Positions 63,692 to 64,000 of a stretch of DNA of 64,000 nt are shown piece after piece; the stretch's first letter is position 1, and every line of letters starts with the position of its first letter. The DNA is from Octopus vulgaris (taxonomy: Eukaryota). The notes under the pieces are model-generated. The model worked only from the letters and a program-made list of their open reading frames with translations, did no database searches and was not told the DNA's origin. The stretch lies in NCBI GenBank assembly GCA_951406725.2, contig OX597838.1, forward strand, positions 28,024,001 to 28,088,000, in the 5' to 3' direction. The translations under genes were made by a program, and so were the position numbers.

Positions 63692-64000
63692 TGCAGGAGT
63701 GGCTGTGTGGTAAGTAGCTTGCTTACCAACCACATGGTTCTGGGTTCAGTTCCACTGCATGGCACCTTGGGCAAGTGTCTTCTACTATAGCCTCGGGCTG
63801 ACCAAAGCCTTGTGAGTGGATTTGGTAGATGGAAACTGAAAGAAACCCATCGTATATATATGTATATGTATGTGTATATGTTTGTGTGTCTGTGTTTGTC
63901 CCCCTAGCATCGCTTGACAACCGATGCTGGTGTGTTTACGTCCCCATAACTTAGCGGTTTGGCAAAAGTCCGATAGGCTTACTAAGAACAAGACCTGGGG
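63692..64000 (+). mobile_element. SINE family A, cut by window edge
   Basis: Family head. Confidence 0.9.

Overview
AT-rich, repeat-saturated animal genomic DNA. From recalled repeat families (no database search) it is most likely an octopus, and it looks like the inside of very long intron(s). No intact multi-exon gene is visible, and almost all ORFs in the track are microsatellite or SINE artefacts. Identifiable content: (i) three tRNA-derived SINE families, some with target-site duplications or nesting; (ii) a 5'-truncated RTE-clade LINE (24673-27643) whose 3' UTR is expanded by six ~330-bp tandem units, plus dispersed copies of its 3' tail; (iii) two Tc1/mariner relics, one a palindrome built from two 3' ends; (iv) two non-autonomous Helitrons and several TTAA-flanked MITEs; (v) a 22-bp minisatellite, a ~640-bp (GTT/GCT)n tract and long CT tracts. 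Three signals stand out. First, type I hammerhead-ribozyme motifs, mostly inside or beside (TA)n-flanked fold-back palindromes of Penelope-like architecture: one has a complete core (32434-32511), one is split across strands by an inversion (50692-50844), and three are degenerate. Second, three stacked TAG|GTAAGT recursive-splice-like sites at 42570-42669, together with + strand microexon and exon candidates. Third, many long inverted repeats able to form dsRNA in a pre-mRNA.
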